Shown here: positions 39,966 to 49,348 of the stretch, piece by piece
Numbering within the stretch: position 1 is the first letter of the stretch
Layout of the letters: each line of letters starts with the position of its first letter
NCBI GenBank assembly: GCA_963720965.1
Contig: CAVRHD010000002.1
Span: forward strand, 729,017 to 793,016
Source: an uncultured Chloroflexia bacterium
GTDB lineage: Bacteria; Chloroflexota; Limnocylindria; Limnocylindrales; CSP1-4
Length of the DNA: 64,000 bases
Direction of reading: 5' to 3'
The notes under the pieces: generated by a model
What the model saw: the letters and a program-made list of their open reading frames with translations, nothing else
The model's database searches: none
What the model was told of the DNA's origin: nothing
Program-made: the position numbers and the translations under genes

Positions 39966-40193
39966 TTATTTGGACCGCGGCGAAGTCATACGGCGCGGAG
40001 CCAGAGTCTGGATCGATTCCGCATACCCAGAATCGACAAGGAGAGCGATTGCGTCGTTCAAACGATCGGACGGAAGTCCAGATTGCTCGGCAAGTTCGCT
40101 GGCGTCCACGAACTCGTCGCGAGGCGCATCAGCGAGTCGCCGGAGTAGTAGGTAGGCGTCGCGATCCATCTGCGTTGGCATGCGTGGTAACAC
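39966..40193 (-). CDS. hypothetical small protein, possible winged-helix
   Basis: LLLRRLADAPRDEFVDASELAEQSGLPSDRLNDAIALLVDSGYAE resembles a wHTH. Confidence 0.4.
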   Translation of the reverse strand: MLPRMPTQMDRDAYLLLRRLADAPRDEFVDASELAEQSGLPSDRLNDAIALLVDSGYAESIQTLAPRRMTSPRSK

Positions 40194-40271
40194 TAACGGC
40201 CTCGTCGGACCGCTGGCCGAGGTCTACTCGGTGTAAGCGTCTGCAGAACGAGCCTTAGGGCGTCCCGCGAC

Positions 40272-40850
40272 GTGCTCATCGAGAGCTTCTTGACATCCGT
40301 GCGAGCCGGACACAGGGTTCCCCACGTGGCAAATTCGTCAAACCCGCATCGGCCGTCTTCCGCCGGCACTCAGGATGGAAGAAGGCCCAACTGGCCTCGG
40401 CACCGGACGGCCGATCGCTTGCTTCGCTGGTCGGCGCCGCGGGTCAGGTTGTTCTGGGCCTGGGTGGACGTACATCGCTCGATCGTCGCCCTACAAGCCG
40501 CATATGACGAACGGGAAGAAGCCATTAACTTGCGTGCGGGGCTCCAGTCGTTCGCCACAAGTGACGAGATCGCCAGGCAACAGAAACGCCTCGCCGATGA
40601 CTACGCCCGTGCCACCGCGCGCGACGAAGTCATTCGTGCCCATGTCCTCGCTGTACTCGCCGGTATGGACTCAATGCGCGATGGAACGACGGATCAGTTG
40701 ATCGATGCGCTCCAGGAAAGCTTTGGCTACTCGCTCGGCTCCAGCACTCCATCACCAGAACGGATCAATCACCTCCAGAGCGTGATCGATGATCAAGGGA
40801 TCGCACTGTTTGGGACACGTAAGGCACACCCGCGGCAGGGCGCTGCGTAA
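40272..40850 (+). CDS. hypothetical protein (start likely internal, e.g. GTG 40464)
   Basis: The C-terminal 128 aa have helical, balanced composition. The N-terminal 60 aa are R/P-rich and doubtful. Confidence 0.35.
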   Translation: MLIESFLTSVRAGHRVPHVANSSNPHRPSSAGTQDGRRPNWPRHRTADRLLRWSAPRVRLFWAWVDVHRSIVALQAAYDEREEAINLRAGLQSFATSDEIARQQKRLADDYARATARDEVIRAHVLAVLAGMDSMRDGTTDQLIDALQESFGYSLGSSTPSPERINHLQSVIDDQGIALFGTRKAHPRQGAA

Positions 40851-40934
40851 GACGACGTGGTGATCGTGGCCTCTTTAAACACGATCCACCCATCGTGACC
40901 ACCCCCCAAGGGGGTGTCGGAGCTACGGAAGCGA

Positions 40935-41324
40935 CTACTCGGGCGGCGGCACCTGGAAGGCGAGCACCTGATCGATGCCGCCGACGATCGTTCCGACCTC
41001 AACAGCTGCGACCTCGTTTGTGCCGACGAACGTCACGTATGCCGTCGGCAACGGGTCGGTCGCTAAGGGGCAGGCAATCGTCGACGATGGGAACGGTGCG
41101 CCACAGGTCGCTCCAATCAGCCCGACCGTAACGCTTTCGACGGGGTAGCCGAGGCCTGCCACCGCCTTGAGGATCGCGTCCTTGGAGGCGGGCGTGCAGT
41201 AGATCGGCGGGCAGTCGAACGTGACGCTCGCGCTGGGCGACGGGGATGGGCCCGATGTCGGCGGTGGTGCCGGCGTCGCGCACCCAACGACAAGGACACC
41301 AAGGAGCGCGGCGAGCGACTTCAT
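40935..41324 (-). CDS. lipoprotein (hypothetical)
   Basis: MKSLAALLGVLVVGC lipobox, followed by a Pro/Ser linker. Confidence 0.6.
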   Translation of the reverse strand: MKSLAALLGVLVVGCATPAPPPTSGPSPSPSASVTFDCPPIYCTPASKDAILKAVAGLGYPVESVTVGLIGATCGAPFPSSTIACPLATDPLPTAYVTFVGTNEVAAVEVGTIVGGIDQVLAFQVPPPE

Positions 41325-41393
41325 CGTGGCCTAGACGGTGCTCAGCCCGGATTGGTTGCTCGAGGAGCTACTCGACGATCGAGCAGCAATCCG

Positions 41394-42100
41394 TCAGACC
41401 GCATCGAGCAATCCCTGGGCCTCTTCAATAAGCGCGCCGAACATTGGTTGGGCAAGCTCCCTCTCGACGAGGGCTCGAGCTCGAGGGTCATGGCGCATCG
41501 CCAAGCCCAGGATGGCCTCGCACCGGGTGTCGTAGTGCGGATCGTCGGTACGGGCGAAGAGCGCCTCGACCGTCGCGACATCCGTTGCCTCGCTCGGACC
41601 GAGGCCGAACGTCGCCCAATCGCGGACATCGTCATCAGGATCCGTGCTCAGCTCCCGGAGGGCAGCCAAGGCGGCATCATCCAGCTCAGAGAGGGCAACG
41701 CGCAGGCGACGGCGAGCTGCACGGCCTCGTCGTCAAACGTGGCACGGCCGACGACCGCCGATCGGGCCCGCTCATCGCCAGCGTTGCCGAGCGCGGCGAT
41801 CGCGGCGTCCAGGGCAGACGGGTCGGTCTCGACAACCACCCTTGGGATCAGAATGTCGCCGACGCGCTCGACCAAGGGACTGTCGGCCCAGACCATCCGG
41901 CCGAAGATGTCGGCTCCGAGAGTTCGGCGGACCGGGTCATCGCTCGCGACGAGGCGCTCGGCTTCGGCAAGTGCGAGCGCGGGCTCGGCTTTCACGAACT
42001 CGACGATCAGCTCAAATCGGCGATCTTCGTCGCTAGTCGCCAGTAGCTGTGCCACCGTGTCCGGGTCTCCCGTTGGGTCGGCAGGTATGAGGCTTGGCAT
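41394..42100 (-). pseudogene. HEAT-repeat protein, frame change near 41660-41700
   Basis: ORFs 41648..42100 and 41394..41669 both contain HEAT/PBS-lyase-like repeats (DDPVRRTLGADIFG; DPDDDVRDWATFGLG; DDPHYDTRCEAILGL). The second frame is open upstream (..LDDAALAALRELSTD) without a start codon. Confidence 0.6.
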
Positions 42101-42165
42101 GGCAGCAGCCTACCTAAGAGTGTCTACCGCCTCGGAGCACGCAGGTCACGACGTTCTCATCGTGT

Positions 42166-43357
42166 CTAACCGGCGTGGAGCTTCGCACTCCGCTCGACGA
42201 TGTCAGGTGCTCCGAGCTCGACTCGGACCCTAGCCAAGTGGCCCTGCGCGTCGAGGTCGCGATAGACGGCGAAGGCACCATCGCCCCAGCTCGTAAAGAA
42301 CCCGCAGGCCGACGCACCGGCGGCGCGGATCGAACCTGACCCAGTAGGCGATGACCGAGCATCACGCAAGATCGCCCAGATGTCGGTATGAGCCCGAACG
42401 TCCACCCGGACAAGAAGATTGCCTGCAGCTTTGGCATCGTCCAGCCGCTCAAGCTGCGCCCGGGCATCCGGCCAACCGAGACTTAGCCAACCATGGACTG
42501 GGTGGGTCCCTCCCTCGTTGATCGCACCCGCTTCAAGTCGGCTCGCGAGTGCAATCTCGTCGCGGCCCCAGAAGACGACATCGACCTTGTCATCGGCGCT
42601 GGGCCGAACTCGGATCGCGCTGATCGCCTCGAGGTCCGCGAACATCAGCCGGGCTTCATCGACGAGGACATGACCGGCTTCGAACGAAGACGCGACCGGC
42701 TGACTTGAGCACTCGACCCAGACGGATTGCCAGCGATCGAAGTCCGGTCCGGACGAATCCGATCCGGAGACCCTTTACCAGGAGCGTCCGATTCCTCGGT
42801 AGGCCGCGGACTGCGACCGCCCAGGGGCCCGCCCAGAGCACGTCACTGGCGTGTGGCTCATTGGCGAGAAGGAGCCTTGCCCGCTTGGCATGGGGAATAC
42901 GCGACGTGAGGATCGACGGTGTCGCATCGAGGCCCGCGTCGCGGGCTGCGGCCGTCAGCCCCTGGACGACTTCGTCTGCCTGGCTCGCCGGGACATCGAA
43001 GTAGTACACGCCCCGGCCATTGGCGCGATCGAGCCTTCGCGCCAGCTCGAGGGCGCCCGGTCCGTCGAGGACGATGTCCACCGAGCTGTTGAGCCGCTCC
43101 ACGAACGCCGGCGGACCATCCCCATCCGCGAGCACCGGGATCTCATCGCCCGACCACATTTGGAGATAGCCGAAGTCGAGGAGGAGCAGATCTCCTGACG
43201 GCACGTCAACCTCGCCGAGAGTCTCGATCGAGAATGCGTCAGCGCCGTCAGGTGGCATCAGGCCGACTGTAGACCACCGTGAAGACGCGATGTGGCCGAG
43301 AAGAACGGTGACGATTTGGTCATTGTGGTGGTCTGCGCACCATTGATATTGGTCCAA
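42166..43357 (-). pseudogene. DUF4241-like protein, frame change near 42770
   Basis: The N-terminal ORF has VDVPSGDLLLLDFGYL. The C-terminal ORF has ACGFFTSWGDGAFAVYRDLDAQG (DUF4241-like GDG motif). The C-terminal frame is open upstream to 42774 (SGSDSSGPDFDRWQSVWVEC...). Confidence 0.5.
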
Positions 43358-43405
43358 GCCTCCTAGAGACTTGCGGGCCTAGCACCGTGAGTCTGGTAAA
43401 ACGCT

Positions 43406-43972
43406 ATGACGATTTACAACGTCGCCTGCCTGATCGTGACATCCGTCGTGGTCGGATGGGCGTTCCGTCCACGATGGACCCTGGAGTGGTTCGGCCTGAC
43501 GGCCGTGCCTCTGCTGGGCATCCCCCTTGCGCTCATTTGGCGAGGCGGCCAAGTCTCGTACGGGCCGCCAGGACCGACCGACTTAGTGTTCCTGGTCTTC
43601 TTCGCATCACTCTGGTACTTCTTGAGCCCGACGGGCGATCAACTGATTGCTCGACTCCGGGCCGCTCGGTCCTCGCGGTTTCAGTTCGATAGGCGCCTAC
43701 ATCGAACGATCGAGCCGCTAGGTCGGCTCCTCTATGCCGGCCCGAAAGACGGCGATGCAGACGGCCGGGCTCGATCGGTCTCGATCGAAGGAGATGAAGC
43801 TCTTTCTAGGCTTCAGCAACTCGCTCCTCCGACGCCGGAATGGGCCGAGGTGAGGGCCGAATACATGAGTCTCATGCGGGGATCAGGTGGCCGCCGTGAC
43901 AGCTGGAGGCGCTCAATGGCAATCGAACGAGCTCAACTCGCGATTAGCCGGGATCTCGAGCCGGGTCGATGA
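43406..43972 (+). CDS. membrane protein (hypothetical)
   Basis: Three N-terminal hydrophobic helices and a soluble tail; lower-GC patch. Confidence 0.45.
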   Translation: MTIYNVACLIVTSVVVGWAFRPRWTLEWFGLTAVPLLGIPLALIWRGGQVSYGPPGPTDLVFLVFFASLWYFLSPTGDQLIARLRAARSSRFQFDRRLHRTIEPLGRLLYAGPKDGDADGRARSVSIEGDEALSRLQQLAPPTPEWAEVRAEYMSLMRGSGGRRDSWRRSMAIERAQLAISRDLEPGR

Positions 43973-44215
43973 ACTCCGCGAGGCCTACGGGTTAAGGCCG
44001 CGCCAAATCGACGCGGCCAAGGATTAGCTCCAGGCGTTGAGGCATCGTCGGTCTTCAACTCGTGGGCAACACGATCTCCGAATGGTGTTGCTATTCCGGC
44101 CGACCTGATCGATGGATGTGGCTGACCACGTCCACGCTCAGGAGGTTCTCCACGATGGCTCCACAGCTGCTTCCCGCCACGACCGCTGACTCGACCGGCC
44201 TGGCGACAGACGGTC

Positions 44216-44314
44216 ATGGCCTTCCTGGCCGAGAAGGAGCGACGCTCTGGCTCGCGGCGAACGGTCGAGGGCTACGCCCGGATGCTCTGGCCGTTCCTCA
44301 ATCGGGTCGGCTAG
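44216..44314 (+). pseudogene. tyrosine recombinase/integrase N-terminal remnant (32 codons)
   Basis: MAFLAEKERRSGSRRTVEGYARMLWPFLNRVG* matches the SAM-like N-terminal helix pattern of phage integrases (FL...g.S..Tv..Y...L..F). It ends 122 nt before the distal repeat, and no catalytic domain is present. Confidence 0.55.
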
Positions 44315-44436
44315 CCTGATCCGCCGCTGCTTCTGCGCGTACCACTTTCCGTACCACCTAGCGGTTGGAATCAGGTGCTTCTGGCAGACGCCGGTGGGCT
44401 GGCTGGACGCTCACCTGTGTCTTCGTTGAGGGTCCC

Positions 44437-44490
44437 GCGCCTGACTCTGGATCAGGAGATCGAAGGTTCGAATCCTTCCTCGCCAGCCAA
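44437..44490. repeat. attR-like direct repeat (partial tRNA-Gln copy)
   Basis: Identical to 32292..32345; it lacks the tRNA 5' part. Confidence 0.9.
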
Positions 44491-44674
44491 TCCACGCTCA
44501 CAAACAGCCCGTTTCGGGGCGCCTCGTGGCGGGTCGAGGCAGGTCACGGCATGTCGGTGGATGCTGCGGTGGATGCTATTTAGACACGCCCCGCTAGCCT
44601 TTCCTACGGCGACGTGGGTCGTCCATGAGGCTGGCGATGTGCAGTTCAGCGGGTGTTTGCCCTCGGCCAAGTGA

Positions 44675-45088
44675 CTAGCGGCCCTTGCTTCGGCCAACCT
44701 CGCGGTCCAGCGCCTCGGCCATCTTGGCGATCGCGGTTCCGACCACTCCGTACTCCATGGGCAGCAGGCCCTCGATCGTGACCGGCCGCTTGGCCTGACC
44801 CACGAAGATCACATGCGACCCGGTCGTCATCCGGCACCCGGCCATGATGAAGTCGTGCATCCGCTCGATCGACAGTTCGCGTTTGAGGGCACATCGGGCG
44901 GCCACGGCCTCGGTGGCTTGACGCGTGGAGGCCGTGACAACCGTTGTCAAACCGAGCGCCTTGGCCCGGCGATAGATGTTGCCCTTGTCGATCCCGGTTG
45001 CGGCCGAGGCCGCTGTCGGGCCGTCGGTGCCGTACAGGCGCAGGGCCACGATCCACTGGTCATCGGTGAACTTCCGCGGTCGTGGCAC
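44675..45088 (-). CDS. HTH-domain protein (mobile-element-like, function unknown)
   Basis: N-terminal FTDDQWIVALRLYGTDGPTAASAATGIDKGNIYRRAKALGL is HTH-like. Confidence 0.5.
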   Translation of the reverse strand: MPRPRKFTDDQWIVALRLYGTDGPTAASAATGIDKGNIYRRAKALGLTTVVTASTRQATEAVAARCALKRELSIERMHDFIMAGCRMTTGSHVIFVGQAKRPVTIEGLLPMEYGVVGTAIAKMAEALDREVGRSKGR

Positions 45089-45395
45089 CTTAGGCGCCCC
45101 CCGCGTTGGCGTAGTCGAGATTGGTGCTGGTCAGGAACCCACCCGATCGTCGCGGCCGGTTACCTGATCACGATACTCCCGCCATGCAGCGAAACTCGAC
45201 TCGGCGGCGCCGCGATCGCGAGTCCGGGCCGGGGCGGTATGTCGCTCTGGCCGGGCGCCGACTCTGTTGGCCATCGGCGCGACGAGGCGCGGATCCGTGA
45301 CAGATCAGCCGAACGCGCGTCTCCACCTTGACGCCGCAGTCTCGCGGCCTACGGTTGTCCCGGCCCGCTTCTGCCCTGAATGAGGAAGTCCTGCG

Positions 45396-45938
45396 ATGGT
45401 CGAGCCCAAGGACGAGCCGGACGAAGTGTCGTTTGGGTGGTGGCGAGTCACCAATGCCCGACCGAAGTCTCTGCTACCCACCAGCACCGTCGTCGAGATC
45501 CGCCTGACACCGGTCGACCTCGTTGTGCTTGGCCATGACGGACAGGTGCTCGTTCGCTGGTCGATTGACAAGTTCGGACTCGCCGACAACGGCGCTCACG
45601 GTCTCTACCTGCGCCTCGGCTCGGAAGCCGCCTTCTCAATCGAGTCCCCTGAGCAGCGCGGAGCGCACGAACTGGGTGATGCGCTCGTAGGGCGCCGAAC
45701 GCCGGGTATACAGGCAGATGCTCAGTCGGCGAGTCTCGGCTGCCTGTCGATCGTGGTCGGACTGGTCGTCTGGCTGGGGTTGTGGTTCGTCGACTTCTGG
45801 GTCCTGGCCGTCTTGGGCCTCCAAGACTGGTCCTTCGAGCCGATCTGGTGGGTCGGCATTGTCGCCCTGACGATCGGAGGACCCGCCCTCGGCGTTGTGG
45901 CGGCTCGGGCGACTCGGAATAGCGGGAAGTCACCCTGA
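45396..45938 (+). CDS. membrane protein with soluble N-terminal domain (hypothetical)
   Basis: A roughly 100-aa N-terminal domain, then TM helices (LGCLSIVVGLVVWLGLWFVDFWVLAVLGL; IWWVGIVALTIGGPALGVVAA). Confidence 0.5.
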   Translation: MVEPKDEPDEVSFGWWRVTNARPKSLLPTSTVVEIRLTPVDLVVLGHDGQVLVRWSIDKFGLADNGAHGLYLRLGSEAAFSIESPEQRGAHELGDALVGRRTPGIQADAQSASLGCLSIVVGLVVWLGLWFVDFWVLAVLGLQDWSFEPIWWVGIVALTIGGPALGVVAARATRNSGKSP

Positions 45939-46049
45939 GCCGCCCGGTGTTCGTGTGCGTCAGCGCCGGGTCAGGCGGGGCGGTCGCTGCGGGCTCACCA
46001 GTGCCATACCCGTCGGGCTATTGATCCCTGCCGGCGAGTTCGAACACTC

Positions 46050-46268
46050 TCAGACCGAGTCCCCGACGTTCTGGAGGGTCTGCTGGATGTAGATGCCTAG
46101 GCTCGTGTAACGCAGGAGGCCGATCACGAGAATCGCCATCACGATCAGGACGACGAGAAGCACGGGCGGCCAGATCGACCGCCGCTCTGGCGGAGCGATC
46201 CACCCGGCGGGCGGAAGGTGCCCTCGGGCAGGTTGGACCAATGCGTTCCAACGAGCCCAGGGAGTCAC
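46050..46268 (-). CDS. small membrane protein (hypothetical)
   Basis: One TM helix (IWPPVLLVVLIVMAILVIGLL). Weak support. Confidence 0.3.
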   Translation of the reverse strand: MTPWARWNALVQPARGHLPPAGWIAPPERRSIWPPVLLVVLIVMAILVIGLLRYTSLGIYIQQTLQNVGDSV

Positions 46269-46334
46269 CGGGCGGGAGGGGCCAGGCTACGTTGGCCAGC
46301 GAGGCGACGCGCGAGGGGCTCGACACCTCTCGAG

Positions 46335-46688
46335 CTACGAGCTTGTGATCGGCCGGATCTCGACTCCGCCGTGCGTCGCTGTCGCCTCTGGGATCTGGCC
46401 GGCGAGCTCGATCGCCCCGGCGAGGTCCGCCGCCTCGAGCACGTAGTAGCCGCCGATGACCTCCTTCGTCTCGAGGAATGGCCCATCCGTGACGGATCGC
46501 TTGCCCGACGAATCGGCGCGGATGCTGACCGCTCGGGCCGTTGGTTCAAGCTCACTGGCACCGAGGACTGAGTGGCCGGCCGATCTGATGAAGGACTGGT
46601 GGCGCACGGCGTTCGCGGCGTGCCACGCCGGCAACTCCTCGGCCCAGGTCCGCTCACTCCCGTAGATCAGGACCAGGTATTTCGGCAT
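46335..46688 (-). CDS. YciI-like (YCII-related) protein
   Basis: MPKYLVLIY...DGPFLETKEVIGGYYVLEA...GGVEIRP, the typical YCII pattern. Confidence 0.75.
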   Translation of the reverse strand: MPKYLVLIYGSERTWAEELPAWHAANAVRHQSFIRSAGHSVLGASELEPTARAVSIRADSSGKRSVTDGPFLETKEVIGGYYVLEAADLAGAIELAGQIPEATATHGGVEIRPITSS

Positions 46689-46801
46689 GTCTCACGTCCA
46701 ATCGTCCGGTGGGCTCCGCGAGCCCGCTCACCCCTTCGACGAACGGATCGCCTGGAGATCGACATTTCTCACGATTCACGCCTCGGGCAGCTCCCGCCTG
46801 T

Positions 46802-46963
46802 CTACGAGGCAGACGGTGCCGCCGAGGGTGCGCTGATCGTTGGCGCTGCCGAGGGACCGACAATTGGCGCAGAGCTGGGCGCCGTGGTCGCTGCGGGATT
46901 ACAGGCGGCGACGGCCGCCGCCATTGCGGCGAGGAGGGCGATGGTGGCAATGACTCGCTTCAT
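46802..46963 (-). CDS. short putative lipoprotein
   Basis: MKRVIATIALLAAMAAAVAAC lipobox followed by an Ala/Pro/Ser tail. Short; possibly truncated. Confidence 0.3.
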   Translation of the reverse strand: MKRVIATIALLAAMAAAVAACNPAATTAPSSAPIVGPSAAPTISAPSAAPSAS

Positions 46964-47260
46964 GGCATGACCTCGAGAACGGGCTCGGATGGGTCTTCGA
47001 TGGGCCGCGTGGCCTCGATCGCGATCCATCCTGCGTCCTCGCCCGTGCCGATCGTCTTCAAGACTCGGCGCGGTGACCTTGCAATGGCATGACACCGAGG
47101 ACCCGAGCCCGTAGTCAACGGGCCCCTCACCACCGGGTTAGTTCGCATCGTCCAGGCCGGGGCCGGGATAGACTGCGTCGTGGCCGGCCCCGGCCGGATT
47201 CGGGATAGGCTGGCCCCGCGCCGTACGTGTCGGCGAGGCCGTGCTGGAGGGTCCATCACC

Positions 47261-47443
47261 ATGGCTGACACAATGGCCGAGTCGTATCCGACGCTCCGGC
47301 AGGTTCTTGGTGAGGACGGGTTCAAGGAGCTCGCCAGACTGATCCGGACGACCTACGAAGCCAACGAGACGCGCCGACTGCGCGAAACTGACGAGGTGAT
47401 GGACGCCGTCATAGAGAGCGTCGACGCCGGAACCGCGTCCTGA
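47261..47443 (+). CDS. hypothetical small protein
   Basis: MADTMAESYPTLRQVLGEDGFKELARLIRTTYEANETRRLRE has balanced composition. The start is inferred. Confidence 0.3.
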   Translation: MADTMAESYPTLRQVLGEDGFKELARLIRTTYEANETRRLRETDEVMDAVIESVDAGTAS

Positions 47444-47857
47444 AGACTCTCGAACACCGACTCGGCCTGCGGTCGAGTACACCGTTGGCGGTCCATCCCC
47501 CGGAACGATCAGCGCACGACTTCGTATCCGAGCAGTTGCGCGGCGAAGGCCGCCTGGGCCCGTCGCCGAGCGGATCCTCCGGCCGGGTCCTCGGGGCGAC
47601 TGCGGCCACGCGCTGGAACGGCATGTCCGAGCCGCTCCTCCGGGATCGCTCTGCCTGGCAGTCGAGGATCAGGAGCGCTGCCGCTGACATGCCGTTGATA
47701 GCCGGTCGCCGGGCAAGAGCGGATGGCAGCTACGGCGACGAGGCGACCATAGGCCCACAACTTGGACGGGAACCATAGATGGTCGGTGCGAGTTCGCCGC
47801 CCAGGAGACTTGGGCCCTGTTCAATCTCGGCGTTCTCCAATACGCCGATCCCCAGCT

Positions 47858-48319
47858 ATGGAGTCATTCCAGATGAGTACAACCGACCTTTCGGGCGAGA
47901 CTGCGAACCACCCCGGTGCTGGTAGCGTGGTGACCGGGCCGGTCGGCTCCGCCGATCTGCGAGACCCATCCTCGGGCCAGTCAGATGGCGCGGACCTCGA
48001 CGGGTTCCCCACCGTGCACGTCGATGTCACGTCCGAAACCGCCGCGACCCAGTCAATCGATGAGTCGAATCAGCCCGTCAGTCAGCTGGAGGGGATGATC
48101 GCGAACCTGACGAGCTATGCCCGGCCCGTCCTCCGAGAAATCGCGGCCCGCGCTGCCGAACTCGCGGCGAAGGCGGCAGAGGCGGCCGGACCCGTGGCCC
48201 ACAAGGCCGCCGGTGCGACCGATGAGTACGGCGGTCGCCTGGCTACCAGGAGCCGTGAGATTGCCTCGGACCTGCGGCGCGACAGCACACCGGCTTCGGA
48301 CGGTCAGGGAGCGGATTAG
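47858..48319 (+). CDS. hypothetical protein
   Basis: Starts at MESFQMSTTDL; acidic N-terminus and Ala-rich helical C-terminus. Confidence 0.4.
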   Translation: MESFQMSTTDLSGETANHPGAGSVVTGPVGSADLRDPSSGQSDGADLDGFPTVHVDVTSETAATQSIDESNQPVSQLEGMIANLTSYARPVLREIAARAAELAAKAAEAAGPVAHKAAGATDEYGGRLATRSREIASDLRRDSTPASDGQGAD

Positions 48320-48346
48320 GTTCGGGGCCCGGAAAGGCAGGCAATA

Positions 48347-48772
48347 TTGACCGACGATCCGAGCACGAGCGAAGCCGTCCTTCGGGGAGCGTCCGATGGT
48401 CTCCTGATCGCCATTCGCGAAGTCGACGCGAAGGAGCGCCAAAAGCGGGGCATGCCACCCGGCGACGAAGGCTTCGGGCCGCTGGCCCGCGATGTGGTCG
48501 CCGCGGCCCAACTCGTGCTGAGGCTCGCCATTGAGGAGGCCAATCGGGCCGAGATCACCTCCGGGACTGCGGCGGGGGCCGGCTTGTCGACGATCAATGC
48601 GTCGACTCCCCGGGCCAGCCTCGCCAGCATCCTTGACCGCTGGCGGGATGTCGAGCGCCGGCTGGCCGACGCGGAGCCGGCGTCGCCCGATGCCACTGAG
48701 TTAATGCACGAGTTCGAAACGCTCCGTCAAAGGTATGCCGACGCTCTCGACCGGGTGAAGCAGGGGGACTGA
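48347..48772 (+). CDS. hypothetical protein
   Basis: Helical, balanced composition (LLIAIREVDAKERQKRG...LMHEFETLRQRYADALDRVKQGD). Confidence 0.45.
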   Translation: MTDDPSTSEAVLRGASDGLLIAIREVDAKERQKRGMPPGDEGFGPLARDVVAAAQLVLRLAIEEANRAEITSGTAAGAGLSTINASTPRASLASILDRWRDVERRLADAEPASPDATELMHEFETLRQRYADALDRVKQGD

Positions 48773-48807
48773 ACCGCGGGGCCGTCCTGAACACGCCGCC
48801 CCGTTCC

Positions 48808-49221
48808 TCAGCCTACCGACCTCGGCGACAACCTGGCCTCGGCGATCGTCGGTTCGAACAGCTCGACCGGGTTGCCCGAGGGATCTTCGATCAAGACCTG
48901 CTTGCCTCCTACGCCAACCACGACTTCGTTGCGGAAATGGACCCCGCTCGCGTGTAACTCGGATGCCAAGGCGGCAAGGTCGGTGACCTCGAGCGAAAAG
49001 CGGTTCCAGCCACCGGGCTCAGGCAGGCGGCCATCCGCCAGCGCCTGGCCTCCGCCTGGCCCGCCGCCTGGCCGGCTCAACACGAGTCGAAGGTCGTCGC
49101 GTCCAAGCATGGCGAAGAACGCGTTGGGATGCATCTCCTCGTGGAATCCGAGGCGACCGCAGTAGAACTCGATTGCAGCGTCGATGTCGTTGACGATGTA
49201 CCGGACGCTCACGGTCGGCAT
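48808..49221 (-). CDS. VOC/glyoxalase-family protein
   Basis: A GGAGG SD lies 7 nt before the ATG at 49221. VRYIVNDIDAAIEFYCGRLGF ... IEDPSGNPVELFE. Confidence 0.75.
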   Translation of the reverse strand: MPTVSVRYIVNDIDAAIEFYCGRLGFHEEMHPNAFFAMLGRDDLRLVLSRPGGGPGGGQALADGRLPEPGGWNRFSLEVTDLAALASELHASGVHFRNEVVVGVGGKQVLIEDPSGNPVELFEPTIAEARLSPRSVG

Positions 49222-49348
49222 CTCTAAACCTCCATCGACGCGCAGCGGGAACAAGGCTTCGTCGCCTGCAAGAGTCGAGCGTAGCGCACCGCTTGTGACG
49301 AGCGACCCATGAATATGGCTGGCGATACTCTGGACGCAGGAGGGTGAC

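Larger units (their letters stand above)
32292..44490. mobile_element. decayed integrative genomic island at tRNA-Gln
   Basis: Perfect 54-bp direct repeats derived from the tRNA 3' part, and an integrase N-terminal remnant next to the distal repeat. There are patches of visibly lower GC and many disrupted genes. Confidence 0.75.
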
